A DNA stretch of 64,000 nt from Octopus vulgaris (lineage: Eukaryota): NCBI GenBank assembly GCA_951406725.2, contig OX597814.1:203670001-203734000 (forward strand). Reading direction: 5' to 3'. A program made the position numbers and the translations under genes. The notes under the pieces are model-generated. The model was given only the letters and a program-made list of their open reading frames with translations. It had not been told where the DNA came from and did not search any database. Within the stretch, counting starts at the first letter, position 1; each line of letters starts with the position of its first letter. This document shows, piece after piece, positions 38,618-51,933 of this stretch.

Positions 38618-40879
38618 GTTTTTGTAGTTTCTAGTAGGGAGGTTTTGGTCTTTTACCATGAACAGAAGTCCTTCAGTTTCAGTTTTGAGTCCTGTGTTTC
38701 CCAGCCATTTTACATGTTATATTTTTCTTTGTTTTTACATGAGGTGTGAAGTTCAGGTAATTTTTTAGGGTTAGATAAGGCTTTAGATAAAATTCCTTTT
38801 CATCATTATCATAGATTAAAGGATACTTTGGGTTTTCTTGTGATGCTATTTGCATTAGTTGAATTAAAATTGTTTCTTAATATATTAGTTGATGCTGAAT
38901 CTTGTCTGTATTTACTTCTATTATGCTCTGTTTTGATATGAGTTGGTTAACATGTGGCTAATTTTGCCATTCTCATAGCTTTTTGTAGTATTGGAATTTT
39001 AGTTTTTGAATTATTTTCTATTGTTTCTCTATTCTTCTCATATCTGTCAGTTTAGTCTCTGTTTTATAAATGTTGACTATCTTGAAAATACAAAGATTCT
39101 AGTTTTATTCATACTTTGAAGCTATATGCATGCATTTTCTTTGAATCTTTGCTAGACTTTTCTTGTCATATATCAGTAGGTATTCTATAAGTCTTCTTAG
39201 AAAATGATCTTTTTGTGTTAAATCTATTCTTTCTACTAGTTTGACTTGTGGAAATTGCACAGAGTAGATGAAGTGTTTATCTTCACTATAAAATCTTCGA
39301 CATCATTGCTTTAACATTCACTTGTCCATGCTCACTGATGGAGATTTTCTGTGGCCAGATGTCCTTCCTGTCACCAACACTCAACTATTTCTAAGCAAGG
39401 TAGTATTTTCCTCTGGCTAGACATGTTTTTGGAGTATGTTGAAAATGAATGACGTACGACTGTCACATTCACTCCATTACCAGAGGGCTTTCCACTTCTC
39501 TGAACAAAATGCCTTGGACAGGTACCAAGTGGTGTACAAAAATGTAACAAGCATGGTTGATGATAGAGCTGCTCTGCAGTTGGTGCTAACTGTTGTCTGA
39601 TGGTTCAGATCTTCCACTTGGCTGCAATAACCTTCTAGCTGTTGATCTAGGACTCCTCTGCCTTGTCAGTTATCCAATATCCTGCTGCTGACGTCTTCAT
39701 TATATTCTTGGCATGGGAGGCTAAGAGATTGCTAGCACTTGTCCAAGGTGCCATTCTGAGCTGTAGACAGAAGAAGTGACTTACTCTCCCTTTTACAGTG
39801 TACTACTGATGAGGGCACTGTATGATCAAGCATATCACACCTGAGATCATTAATATATTACATACAAGTGTTTATTTAAAAATCTATTTGATTCACGAGA
39901 AAGCTGTTAACTTCTGATCAACTTAGGTTAAATAACTTAACATATATTCTTATATGTCACAGCAGTATAACTGTGCTTCTGTTCTTCTGTTTATGATATT
40001 TTGATTTCTGCTTTTGACCTAAACATATGTCACGTATTGGTTTTCATGAATATTATTTGCAGCTTTGTCTGTCTGGCTGCATTTAAATAATAAACACATT
40101 TAAACAATAATACGTTTAGCTGCAATAATCCCAATCAATGCCAACACAGTCTAGCAAAGTCCTGGAACCATGAATAACATAGCAATATGTTTGTATCATC
40201 TATTTCTAGAGCAAACAGACCAACCAGTACTTTTAAATCATGTCTCCTGGTTGACTGACAGTATATGCAACATCTAATGGCTTGCACAAGTTTGGCACAC
40301 TTGGAAGATGTGTATGTAGAAAATTGATTAGACTGTGTTAGAATGAAACAAACATTTATGAATTGATTTTAATGAACTTTATTAAAAACAGATTTATAAT
40401 ATTCACACAATGATTTCATGAATCTATGGAATTATTGATGACAGTATATAGTCAGTTACCATCATAATCCATCTGCTTTCTGTACTGGTATGGGTTGGAT
40501 GGGTCATTGTGATCTAAATTAGTTTTAAGTTTAACTACTTTTCTAAATGAGTCAGAGACTATGTCTTGCTTATCTATTTCATTTTGGTCTGGTGTTTAAG
40601 GCTGGACGTCCTTCCTATCACCAGCTTCTTTACAGAGTGTACTAGGTGCATTCTACCATGTCACCAGTTCTGTAGAAGCTACCTGCCATTGCAAGACTAA
40701 AGAGTTGTCTCTTCTTCATTAACCATCTGCTTTATCATTGCTACCAAATCCTAAAAAACTCTTTGTTGTTACTGTTACTCTCAGATATACATACAATTCC
40801 ATCATCAAAATGAACTTCATTTTTTGTAATAATCCATCTCTCTTAGAGTTAAACTGTTGTCTGGGTTTGACACTTGTTC

Positions 40880-41420
40880 ATTTTCTTACTCAAAAAATTC
40901 CTTGTATAACAATTCAACAACTGCAATGAAATATCAATTTTTTTTTTAATATTTAATCACCGTTTCACTTGGAGTACTTTCCCATACCTCTGTCACCTAT
41001 TTGATATTTTGGCCTTGTTTTACTGACAGAGTATAAAGTCATTTCTATTCATGAACCTTGTGCACGACCCAGCTGAACTGTGGAACTTTTGAGTTTAATA
41101 TATTTACTTATATCCCTAAATAGCTGGAACATTTTTGTTCTAATAACCATGTAGGTAACAACTAACCCATTCATATGAAATTCACTTACCCAAGGATGTA
41201 AACCTTTATCCAGTTCTTCATCAGGTGAAAGTATATCATAGAGCACATTTTGTTTTTGGCATTTTCTTGAGTGCCTCTTTTTCTTTCCACCAGTTACTCA
41301 CTAATTTCTCTGACACACAAAACTCACTGCAATGTACTCTTCAATATATTCAACACCACACAACTTAAAACCAACCTCATAAGTTGATCTATTGTCTTTA
41401 GTGGTCATGTTTTAGTTTCT
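40880..41420 (-). mobile_element. pogo/Tigger-type transposase remnant (POGK-like DNA-binding region)
   Basis: Minus strand gives RSTYEVGFKLCGVEY, WWKEKEALKKMPKTKCAL, EELDKGLHPWVSEFHMNGLVVTYMVIRTK and CTRFMNRN (CENP-B-type HTH), then jumps to VTEVWESTPSETVIK (C-terminal block). Confidence 0.7.
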
Positions 41421-42029
41421 AGTCACCTTTTTCTATTAAAATAAAATGTTTTTAATACTTCTGCCAACAAATCTATGGATATACAAACAAGAAGTTTACA
41501 TAGTTATGAACAAATTGGTTACAGATGCCCTTGTTTTGTTGGAGAATTGCATTTTATTCAAGCAGTCAATTGTTTTCATGCATGACATCATCAACGTATA
41601 TTTGTTTACTATGCAGACTTCATAGCATAACCAGCCCACTCTAGCCTGTACTGCAAATTTCGAGCTCAGATCAAGGTCTGGTGGATAAATTGCATGCAGT
41701 TTTGCACATTCTTATTTTGAGTGATAAATGTGTAAGCTACCTTGGTATTCGAAGTGTTGTTACCTCTGAAAAGGTGTTATGTAACTTCATACCTTCAAGG
41801 AATTCCTATTTGATGAATGCTTCCTTAAATGTTGGAAGCTATTCTGACTATACTGTCCATTTGTCTGTAAATGAAGCTGCTCTTTGGCCATGTGTGAGAA
41901 GCATTCTAAGATGGAATTAATTTCTCTACATACCAAAGGCTTACTGTATCATCCTTGTGATAACATTGCTAGTTCACATTCTCCATGTTCAGTTAGTATC
42001 TTTGATGGAGCATAAACAGGATATCTTAA

Positions 42030-42248
42030 CCCTTTAGTATTTAAACCGGCCATATCTGGCCAAAATATTTAATCTGTTTTATGTTCAAACTGACCAGATC
42101 CAGGCCCTCACACCTACTTTACAATGTTATTCTACATTAAGTAATTACACCATCAAGATCTTGAAGATATGAGATAATGCATGATTAATTCAAATCAATG
42201 GGAATCAATAAGCATTATGTTTGATAGAATAATCTGAACACTAAAGGG
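42030..42248. mobile_element. piggyBac-like MITE (TTAA TSD)
   Basis: TTAA|CCCTTTAGT ... ACTAAAGGG|TTAA (TSDs 42026-42029 and 42249-42252). Same family in the opposite orientation at 8736-8969 and ~53480-53697. Confidence 0.85.
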
Positions 42249-43155
42249 TTAATGACTATTCAGAAATCTTGTGGTAACTGGCAATTCACACTGATTTAGT
42301 TTGAACGCAGCAGCTAAATGTGTATCACAGTGATGAGCTTGGTCAGCAGCTTGTCGTTCCTCTCTCTTTTGATAAACTCTTTTTATTCCCATGCTAATTG
42401 CGCAGCTAGGTGATATACTGTATGACATCCATACATATATATTTTGATAGACACCACATAACTGTAAGTGGAGAAATGTATCTGTATGATAAAAATTCTT
42501 TGATTATGAATAATAATTGCCCTGCTGTTGACTTCTGCTAAATCACAACCATGTTCTTTGTACACAGTTTGAGGTTCAGGTGAGCTTGATATTTCTTCAA
42601 GAGGTACTTACTGGAGGGTACAACAAATCATTTTCTGTCATGGTAATCTTCAACTTGATCAGTATCCCTATTACTTTTTTTGTTTGTAATCAAGATAATC
42701 ATCAGTATTTCAACTTTTTCTTTCTAAAAATTTCTTGTCTGTCTTCCATACAAACTGAATTTAGGATTTCAAAGCTGCAGATTGTCTTGTTTTACATTTA
42801 TCTTGACCATGTATCATTATGAGTATGTGGCTGTATGGAAGCCCACTTCTCTTTTGCAATTCAATAGCCTGTGCATGAGCCACTAGTATACCTAGTGATT
42901 GTCTGTTTTTAATGTCCACCATCAACTCATTGAAGTTCATGAAGAGGAATTTGAGTTTTATTGATATGCACCACCACATCAGATCTGCATTGAGCTGTTT
43001 CTGATAGATGAAAGTTGCTGGTGATTTCTGCACACTTTGGTTTGCAATGTATAGGTTAAAAATAACACTTCCCCAATTTCAACAGCAATTCATTTGTATC
43101 TTTGGGAATCTTATGGCTCCACAGCATTGACATACAATGTTCATCTCACCAATAT

Positions 43156-43402
43156 ATTCTTTTCTACTCTAGGCACAAGGCCTGGAATTTTGGGGGAGGG
43201 GACCAGTCGGTTAGATCGACTCCAGTACACAACTAGTACTTAATTTATCGACCCCGAAAGGATGAAAGGCAAAGTTGACCTCGGCAGAATTTGAACTCAG
43301 AACATAAAGACAGATGAAATACCGCTAAGCATTTTGCCCAGCGTGCTAACGATTCTGCCAGCTCACCACCTTTAAAAATTCTTTTCTACTCTAGGCACAA
43401 GG
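43156..43402 (-). mobile_element. SINE family B insertion with 17-bp target-site duplication
   Basis: Head aaggtggtgagctggcagaatcgttagc, B-box gagttcaaattc, body gcctttcatcctttcggggtcgataaattaagtac; flanked by catctcaccaatatatt at 43142-43158 and 43403-43419. Confidence 0.9.
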
Positions 43403-45212
43403 CATCTCACCAATATATTAAATTGCTGAACCATGTCATATGTATTTTAGAATTGCTGTGGTCTCCTTTGACTCTTATTGTCTATTTCTCTCTCTTTTTT
43501 TTTTTTTTTTTGATTCTCATCTAATCTTATGTTTCTTCATTCGTATTTTCACTTCTCACTTGTTCTGTTTCATACTTTTTCAAGATTTCACTCCTTTGTT
43601 ACTGGTTCATTTTACTTCTTTGTATTGTATCCTTTTATTCTCTTCTATTTCAAAGACCCCCCCCCCCTCAATGTTCATTATTCATACTGTTTTGTGTATT
43701 ATGGTACATCTCTCTTATATTCTGCAACACATGCTCTTTCTATATAACATAAATCTTCTCAGTTTTTCTCTGTTATATCTTTTGATCCTCTGTAAATCGC
43801 TGATTCAATTTTCTTGACACTCTTCTTCTAATAAATGTTCATTTTGTCATCTTTGATGTTCTCTTGCTTGTTGTAGCAACATAGAAAAAAAAAAAAGTTT
43901 TAACTTTAACAGCCACATGCTTATTAGGTAAAACAATGTGTTGGTGTTTGGAATGGAAGTATATCTTCCTGAAGTCAGTATTCACATATGAAATACAACC
44001 ACCAACAAAAACTATAGTGCTGCTGCAAATATATAACTGTTGCTCTTTAGCTTTATCCAATGGGGCCATCATTTAGCAGTATGGCATTTATATATGGATA
44101 GTTGCATGGGAGATACATGTGACAAGTCAATGTATATACATATGTATGCAGTCAAAATATGATGCAGTATTTTGATTATTTCTGTGTTGTTTTTCTTTTT
44201 AACAAAAAAAAAAAAAAAAAAAAAAAAGTGGGCAGGGCGGAGGATATTTTTCTGAGATAGCATGACTTATCTGATGCCATAAAGTGAATACTCATATTAG
44301 AAATGATGTAATTTAATTAATCATATGACAAACACACATTGGCAGTTAAGTGATAAAAAATATTCAGAAATAAAATATTTATTTCTTCAATGCCCACAAG
44401 GGGCTAAACATAGAGGGGACAAACAAGGACAGACAAAGGGATTAAGTCGATTACATCAACCCCAGTGTGTAACTGGTACTTATTTAATCAGCCCCTTGGC
44501 GGAATTCAGAATGTAAAGACAGATGAAAAACCGCTACATATTTCACCCGGTGTGCTGACATTTCTGCCAGCTTTTCAGAAATAAAATATTGATCTATGTA
44601 TGTAAAGTCTTGGCAAATTAATAGCAACAGCACAATACTTCAGGTGATTATTTAAGAAAAATCATGTGCAGAGTGCCCTCGCAGTAATCTGTAAGTAATA
44701 GGCAGATATATATTATACTATATGCACATTGCAGTTATTGATGTGCATAAGCTCACATTTTGCTAAATGTGGATATGCATGCATTCTGAATTTGAGGTAA
44801 CTTGTTTTTCCTTTTTTATACTGTAATAAATTATATTTCTTAATTTAGTTATACTGTTCTTTCTCTTTGAATAATGTTTTTTTCCCTCAGGATAAATAGT
44901 ATGATGTTTACCATTCTTTTCAATTTTGACATTTGATCATGAAGTGAAGTTATATATTCAGATGAGTAAATGAAACATTTGTTTTCAGTCTTGAATGATG
45001 AGGTTGATTGTGTTTAATGTAGTTAGTCCTTACATCATCATCATCATCATTTAACGTCCGCTTTCCATGCTAGCATGGGTTGGACGGTTCAACTGGGGTC
45101 TGAGGAGCCTGAAGGCTGCACCAGGCCAGTCAGATCTGGCAGTGTTTCTACAGCTGGATGCCCTTCCTAACGCCAACATATCTTTAAAAATAGTTATCAA
45201 AGACAGCGTTAT

Positions 45213-45618
45213 CTATTTCTTTACTACCCACAAGGGGCTAAACACAGAGAGGACAAACTAGGACAGACAAACGGATTAAGTCAATTATATCGACCCCAGT
45301 GCATAACTGGTACTTATTTAATCGACCCCGAAAGGATGAAAGGCAAAGTCGACCTCGGTGAAATTTGAACTCAGAATGTAACGGCAGACGAAATACCTAT
45401 TTCTTTACTGCCTACAAGGGGCTAAACACAGAGAGGACAAACAAGGACAGACAAACGGATTAAGTCGATTATATCGACCCCAGTGCATAACTGGTACTTA
45501 TTTAATCGACCCTGAAAGGATGAAAGGCAAATCAACCTCGGTGGAATTTGAACTCAGAATGTAGCGGCAGACGAAATACCGCCAAGCATTTCACCCGGCG
45601 TGCCAACGTTTCTGCCAG
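45213..45618 (-). mobile_element. SINE family B, tandem partial dimer (~184-bp period)
   Basis: ctatttctttact...caaggggctaaacacagagaggacaaac recurs at 45213 and 45397; a further copy at 44378-44572(-). Confidence 0.88.
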
Positions 45619-46375
45619 ATTGAATTATTTTTTATATCATAAATTTTAGTCCAATACAAGAATAATACCAAAAATTAAAAGTCCAGATTATAGTAAAATT
45701 GCCTAAAAGGTGCCACCAGCAGCTTTCTGTAAAGTATCTTCCATATAGGTATAGCTATTTAAATGCTGCATATGAAATTGCTGTATTGCTGGTGTATTTT
45801 ATTATGATGTCCATAGTGCAATGAGTTGGTAGTGTACTTGGCTCACAGTCCTTGCTGATTGAAGTCTCATTATATGCACTCTTCTCCAGTATGAAAGAAA
45901 GAAAGAAAAAAGGAGGACTGAGTAACTTTCTTTATATCTAAAGCATGATATGCTGACTGTAGGTAGGTGCAAGCTAGTGTAGTAATATACAGGTGTTGGG
46001 CTTTGTCTGGTGAACATTGCATGTAATTTTCTTGATTTCTTTCTAATTCATTTCATTGCCAACTGAGGGTCTTATAACATGCTTAACTGAACAGCTAGGT
46101 TATTGGTACTTATGTTGAATATTTTGTCAGTTATAAGTGTTAATCTGTTATATCTGCGTTATTCCTTCTTTACTTTTTCTTTGATTTGCATACGTTTAGT
46201 TCATTGTTCTAGTTCTCAAGTATTTGTGGTCTAATTCTCTTATCTTTGTCTCGGCTCTTTATTAATGTATACTTTGTTTTCAGGTTTTCTCTAATTAAAG
46301 TGTCCTTGGCTTTTTTTTTCCTTACATGCATACGTGCACTGTGTTGTTGTTGTTGTTGTTGCTGCTGCTGCTGCT

Positions 46376-46985
46376 AAGGTGGTGGCAAGCTGGCAGAATT
46401 GTTAGCACATCGAGCAAAATGCTTAGCGGTATTTCGTCTGCCATTACGTTCTGAGTTCAAATTCCGCCGAGGTCGACTTTGCCTTTCATCCTTTCGGGGT
46501 CAATTAAATAAGTACCAGTTATGCACTGGGGTCTATGTAATTGACTTAATCTGTTTGTCTGTCCTTGTTTGTCCCTTCTGTGTTTAGCCCCTTGTGGGTA
46601 GTAAAGAAATAGATATTTTGTCTCTTCATGTTCTGATTTCAAATGCCACCAGGATCAACTTTGCCTTTCATCCTTTCAGTTGATAAATCAAGTACCAGTT
46701 ATGCACTGGGGTCAGTGTAATTGACTGAGCCTTTCCCCCAAAATTTCAGGCCTTGTCTATAGTAGAAAGGATTATTATTATTATTAAGGAGGTGAGCTGG
46801 CAGAATTGTTAGTGGTATTTTGCTCATCCTTATGTTTTGAGTTCAAATTCCACTGAGGTCAACTTTATCTTTCATCCTTCTGGGGTTAATAAAATAGGTA
46901 TTATTTGAGTACTGGAGTTGATGTAACTGACTAGCTCCCTCCCCCAAAGTTTCAGTCCTTGTGCCTATAGAAGAAATAATTATTA
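46376..46985 (+). mobile_element. SINE family B, head-to-tail cluster of three units
   Basis: The ctttcatcctt core appears three times (~46483, 46665, 46870). Similar pair at 37492-37925(+); single copies at ~170-365(+), 17380-17590(-), 33500-33690(+) and 52320-52480. Confidence 0.85.
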
Positions 46986-48090
46986 TTATTAATTGCATTT
47001 GGGTGCTAAAATAAAGCAATTAGTTTTTTTTTAAAGGATTTTTTGTTAATTTATAGTTTATTCTACTATACAGTTTCCTGTAAAAATATTCCCAACTACA
47101 TGCATTAATTAAAATTGAAGACAATATTGTAAAATCAAATAATTTACTAATGTGATTATATTTTCAACCTTATAATATACAATTAAGTAGGAAATAACAT
47201 TTGGGTATATATGATATAATATAAACTAAAGGCTGATATTAAATTTTATCTATTTATTGTAGAGGGCAGTTCATTTAATGTGGTATATCTATAAATTGAA
47301 TTAATTACTGAAGTTACGCAAATATTGAGCATTAGGTATATATTGTTATGAGCAAATTTTATACTAGTAAATAGATTAGTTATTTTTAGTGTTACTTCAA
47401 AATTAGGAGCAAATTCTCACGGTTGTTGTGACATCCTTTATTAAGACACATTTTACTACTTGCATTAGTCACCTTTGTGGAAAATGAATAATTCAGTTTA
47501 TGACAAAATGAACAGACCATAAGCTACATGTTCTGATGTAACCAACCTGAAATCTGCTCCATGATTTTTCAGTGTCCTACAATAGGACCTATTGCTTTTA
47601 AAAACAGAATTTTGGCTATATTAATTGAAACATTTAAAGAACATTCATATAGCTTGACTAGGAATCACAACTTAAAATGTTCTCTGAACTTGTAACTGGT
47701 AATTGTTAAAGTAGCTAAGTAGCTATTGAGTTTAAAAAAGAAATTTTAACAGCCTGATTGAAAGTTTGACTAAGATAGGACCAGGGTCATGTCAAAATGA
47801 CAAAATGAGTCATAACTTATTCAAGTGAAGATTAAAAAAATAAAATAATTATTAATGATAATAATAATCGTTTTAATGTCAACTTTTCCATGCTTGCATT
47901 GGTCTGTAAATTTTTATAAGCATAACGGCTTTTGTACCGAATGAATACTAGATTTATGATGACAATGTTTACATTGATACATTTTAATGAAAATAATTTT
48001 AAATTTAAGAAACATTTAAATACAATTTTTATTGTTAAAAACTTAAATCTTTTAATAAAAAATTGTACTACACACATTCACACACATCTA

Positions 48091-48240
48091 GTTAGTTAGT
48101 TAGTTAGTTAATTTGGCTCAAAAGCAAATAGCAAGGCCATGTAGGGGGGACATGGAGTTAAGTATAGGGTGGTGTTCATGTAAAGAGTTCAGGCCACTTG
48201 AGGTCAAGGGAGGCTTTGAACAAAGCAGTCGTCGGCATCT
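48091..48240 (-). mobile_element. CR1/L2-like LINE 3' end with (CTAA)n tail
   Basis: Minus strand encodes MPTTALFKASLDLKWPELFT*, then a short UTR and (TAAC)n; catcta on both flanks (48085-48090, 48236-48241). Confidence 0.65.
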
Positions 48241-51200
48241 ATGTTTGTTTTTGTTTGTTTCCAATCAAACATGAAATTGAAGTTATAATAGAGCAACATA
48301 TTTTATTTTCCGAAGAAAATGGCTGACTGTGACTTCATAATTCCAGTCATGTAGTTTTCATCATCTCTTCTCTAATATTTATTGCTGTACACCATCTCTT
48401 TCTTTTCTTTTAATCTACTTTTAGTTTTTGTTTCGAAAGCTCTAATTCGTTAAAAAAAAAATTTTAATTTTAAAAGACCTCCAAAAACATAACTGTCAGT
48501 CTGAACACTTTCCACTTTCCACACTGAAATTTTGTTTATCATCTGAATGATCCCAGTTTTCATCTTAATACAAAATATTGGTATGGTCTCTTAATTTTGG
48601 TTTGATAAACTGCCACCTTTCTGAAAAAGAGTAGCTTCCATGTGCAGTTCCCTGCTATTTCCTTTCATGTCCCCTTACATTGTGTAGTCTCTTTATAGGA
48701 TTTTCAATTCTTTTATTCTACCCTTTTGGCCATTACTACTGGACATTCTTTACTTTAACTATAGATCTAGGTTATGATGTACAAAAAAAAAAAATGTCCA
48801 GTTTCTTTGTTATTCAGTCACTATCTTTATATATACATTTACTTGTACTGTTTGGAATTTAGTTGCCATGTCAAATCACCCATGTAGTGCCACATAAAAG
48901 CGCTTGTGCAGTGCTATCTAAAAGAGCCTTTGTGACACCATGTAAAAGCGCCCATACGGTGCCACTTAGAAACACCCATGTGGTGTCACATAAAAGCACC
49001 CAGCACACTTTGTAAAGTGGTTGGCATTAGGAATGGCATCCAGCTGTAGAAACCATGCCAAATCAGACTGGTGTCTGGTGCAGCTTGCCAGCACTGGTCA
49101 AACTGTCCCAACCCATGCCAGCATGGACCATGGACGTTAAAATGATGGTGATGATGTTTTTCAATTTACAAATATTTTCCCCCCTAGCTGAGGTTTTTTC
49201 TTAGCCTGGACCAGTGTTTTCCTACCTTTATTTACTAAAAACCCTAAACACCAAGATACTACATCTCAAGTTTTATACCTTTATTTATACCTTCAATTAA
49301 GGTTGTAATTAAATTTAAAATTAAACTATTGTTCATCACCCTCTTAATAGCTCTTAATATTCCCTTAGGATGATATGAACTGACCTAAACTCAATGTTAA
49401 TCAGTTTTGGGTGGTACAGTCTTATCATCACTGTACGGTTGTTGTTTAACTCCAGATCAACTCTAATTGAATGGATATTTGATCAAAGCATTTCAGCCAT
49501 AAACCCCTCTCTTAAGGGCATCTAGGACTAAATTGTCTGAGATACATATTTTTTTTTTAAGGCAGCTTGATGTACTATGAAGGAGATTAGGCTGTTATTT
49601 TAAGCTAATTAAGTAATTACACACATTTTCTCACTCATCTGTTTGTCACTGTACAATTATTTGAAACAGAAGTTTTGGAGTTACACTGAAAGAGAAGATT
49701 TTAAAGTAACTGCAAGTTAATGAATAAAGATGTAGTGGCTGTGACAAAATCAAAACGACACAGATACTCCTAGCAGTCTGTGAAGACAAATGGGTTATTT
49801 TTGTAGATATGTGATTGAACTGAGGAAACATCGTAATTAAAACAGTTTAAGATAGATTCTAGGGTAGAAGCATTGTATATTTTTTATTGACCTGTTGACA
49901 TTTCAAGTATAAACTATTCTTGTAAATGTATTGAATATTCAAATAGAAAACTATTTACAAAACTCCCTCATGTCCATGAGGAATGCATGGATGTACATAG
50001 ATGATGATGTATGACCTTGTGCTTAGGGTGTTGTACTTAGGAGCAACTGATCTAATCTCAATGTTAATCAATTTTGGGAGGTGCAGTGCTACAATCACAA
50101 GATCATGGTTTTGATTCCCAGATTGAGTAGTGTTCTTGAGCAAAGCCCCTCATTTCAAATTGCTCTCTGATTACTTTGACATTTGATGTGTGACACACTG
50201 TACAGCAGTTTAGGCAATGTCAATTTGTTGGAGAAACCTGTCTGTTGTTTATGACAGGGGAGTCCACCATATAGATGATATATGGGGTAGGTGAACTAGT
50301 GTGTTAAGCAAGGAAAGTATTGAATATTAATATCTTATTGTTCTATAGAATTAGATAGAGCTCAACTGACCTTGAAACAAATTTTATACATGATCATTTC
50401 TTGTTCTATTCATTTGTTTTAATTACAATGTAAACTTACAAAAGGATGTATTATAATAAATTACACAAGTGATATTTTTTATAATTACATGATTGATCAC
50501 ATGGGTAATATTTCAATAGATTGTTTATGGTGCATCAACTATTAGGAACACAGTATTATATTAATATAATGTCTATGACATTTTATATATATATGATTTC
50601 ACCTGTCAAGCCAAGTGAAATCATAGTCATGGCTGATGCTGGTGTCACATAACTGGCACCCATGCCGATGACATGTAAAGGGCACCTTTCAAGCATTGGG
50701 TCTCACAGAGGCAAAATGGCTGAGTTCCTTTTGAGTGTTGGGCCTCATTGAGGCAAAGTGGCTGACGGAGACAAAGTCGCTGAGTTCCTTTTGAATGTTA
50801 AGTCATGCTTGAAAAGAAGACCCTTCAAGCCGAGCAAAACTACAGTTGGGGCAGAAACTGGTGTCCCGCAAATGGCATCCATGCTGGTGGCATGATGATA
50901 GATACAAATGGTGCAAGATGAGTGCACATACTCAGCTTGGTGGTAGATAATGAGTAAAGGATTGCTACACATAGTGAAAGAAAGACCTATAGAGACAGGA
51001 GGAGAGGGAGTGAGTGACAGAGTAGTTATGAGAGGAATTATACTAAATAAGAAATTGGGTTTACTTAATTTTATTGTTAGGTAATCTTTTAAAAATTAGT
51101 ATTCATATCATCATTTTATAATAGGGTAAAAGAATTTGACAAAAGTTAATTTATAAATATTGTATGTCTGCCATATTTCCTGATATTACCCATGATGGTG

Positions 51201-51259
51201 AATGTATACTTCAAAGTCACCTGTCATGTTTAGAAATATTTGTAGTTAGCTCAGAAACG

Positions 51260-51933
51260 TTAGATGTGGTGTGCAAGAGAGATGACTGAGCTGGTATGGT
51301 CATGTGTTGCATATGGATGAGGACAGCTGTGTGAAAGTGTCACACCCTAACAGTGAAGGGAACCTTGGAATAGGTAGACCCAGGAAGGTGGTGCAGCATG
51401 ACCTTCATACATTGGGCCTCATGGAGGCAATGACAAGTGACCAAGACCTTTGGAGATATACCGTGCTTCAGAAGACCTAGCAGACTAAGACCATAGCCTA
51501 TGCTAGTGTAGCATAACCGGCCCATTCATTGGGCTATAAACTGTTTGAGAAGACCTGTTGAGTCAAGTGAAATCATTGTCGTTGCCAATGCCAGTGCTGC
51601 CTGACTGGCACTCATGCCGGTGGCACCTAAAAAGCACCATTTGAGTGTGGTCTTTGCCAGTGCCACCTGACTAGTTCCCATGCCAATGGTATGTAAAAAG
51701 CACCATTCGAGCATAGTCATTACCAGTGCTACCTGGCTGGCCCTTGTGCTAGTGGCATGTAAAAAGCACCCACTGCATTCTCAAAGTGGTTGGCATTAAG
51801 AAGGGCAACCAGCTGTAGAAATCTTGCCAAATCAGATTGGAGCCAGGTGCAACATCCCAGCTTGCCAGTCCTCAGTCAAACCGTCCAACCCATGCCAGCA
51901 TGGAAAGCGGACGTTAAACGATGATGATGATGA
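51260..51933 (+). mobile_element. 5'-truncated RTE LINE 3' end
   Basis: Encodes a WYGHVLHMDEDSCVK-like segment, has the internal ~50-bp repeat array and ends gcatggaaagcggacgttaaacgatgatgatgatga. Confidence 0.88.

Larger units (their letters stand above)
41520..43440 (-). mobile_element. Helitron Rep/helicase remnant, internally deleted
   Basis: Minus strand gives GEMNIVCQCCGAIRF...CC (N-terminal Cys cluster, ~43060-43152), IELQKRSGLPYSHILI (Rep HUH motif, cf. IEFQKRGLPHAHIL; ORF 42761-43033) and LRMLLTH...SFTD.WTV....PTFKEA (~41820-41910). Interrupted by a MITE and a SINE. Confidence 0.85.

Noticed and set aside
39805-39835. CTGATGAG hammerhead-like start
   Set aside because: No stem II closure and no GAAA follow.
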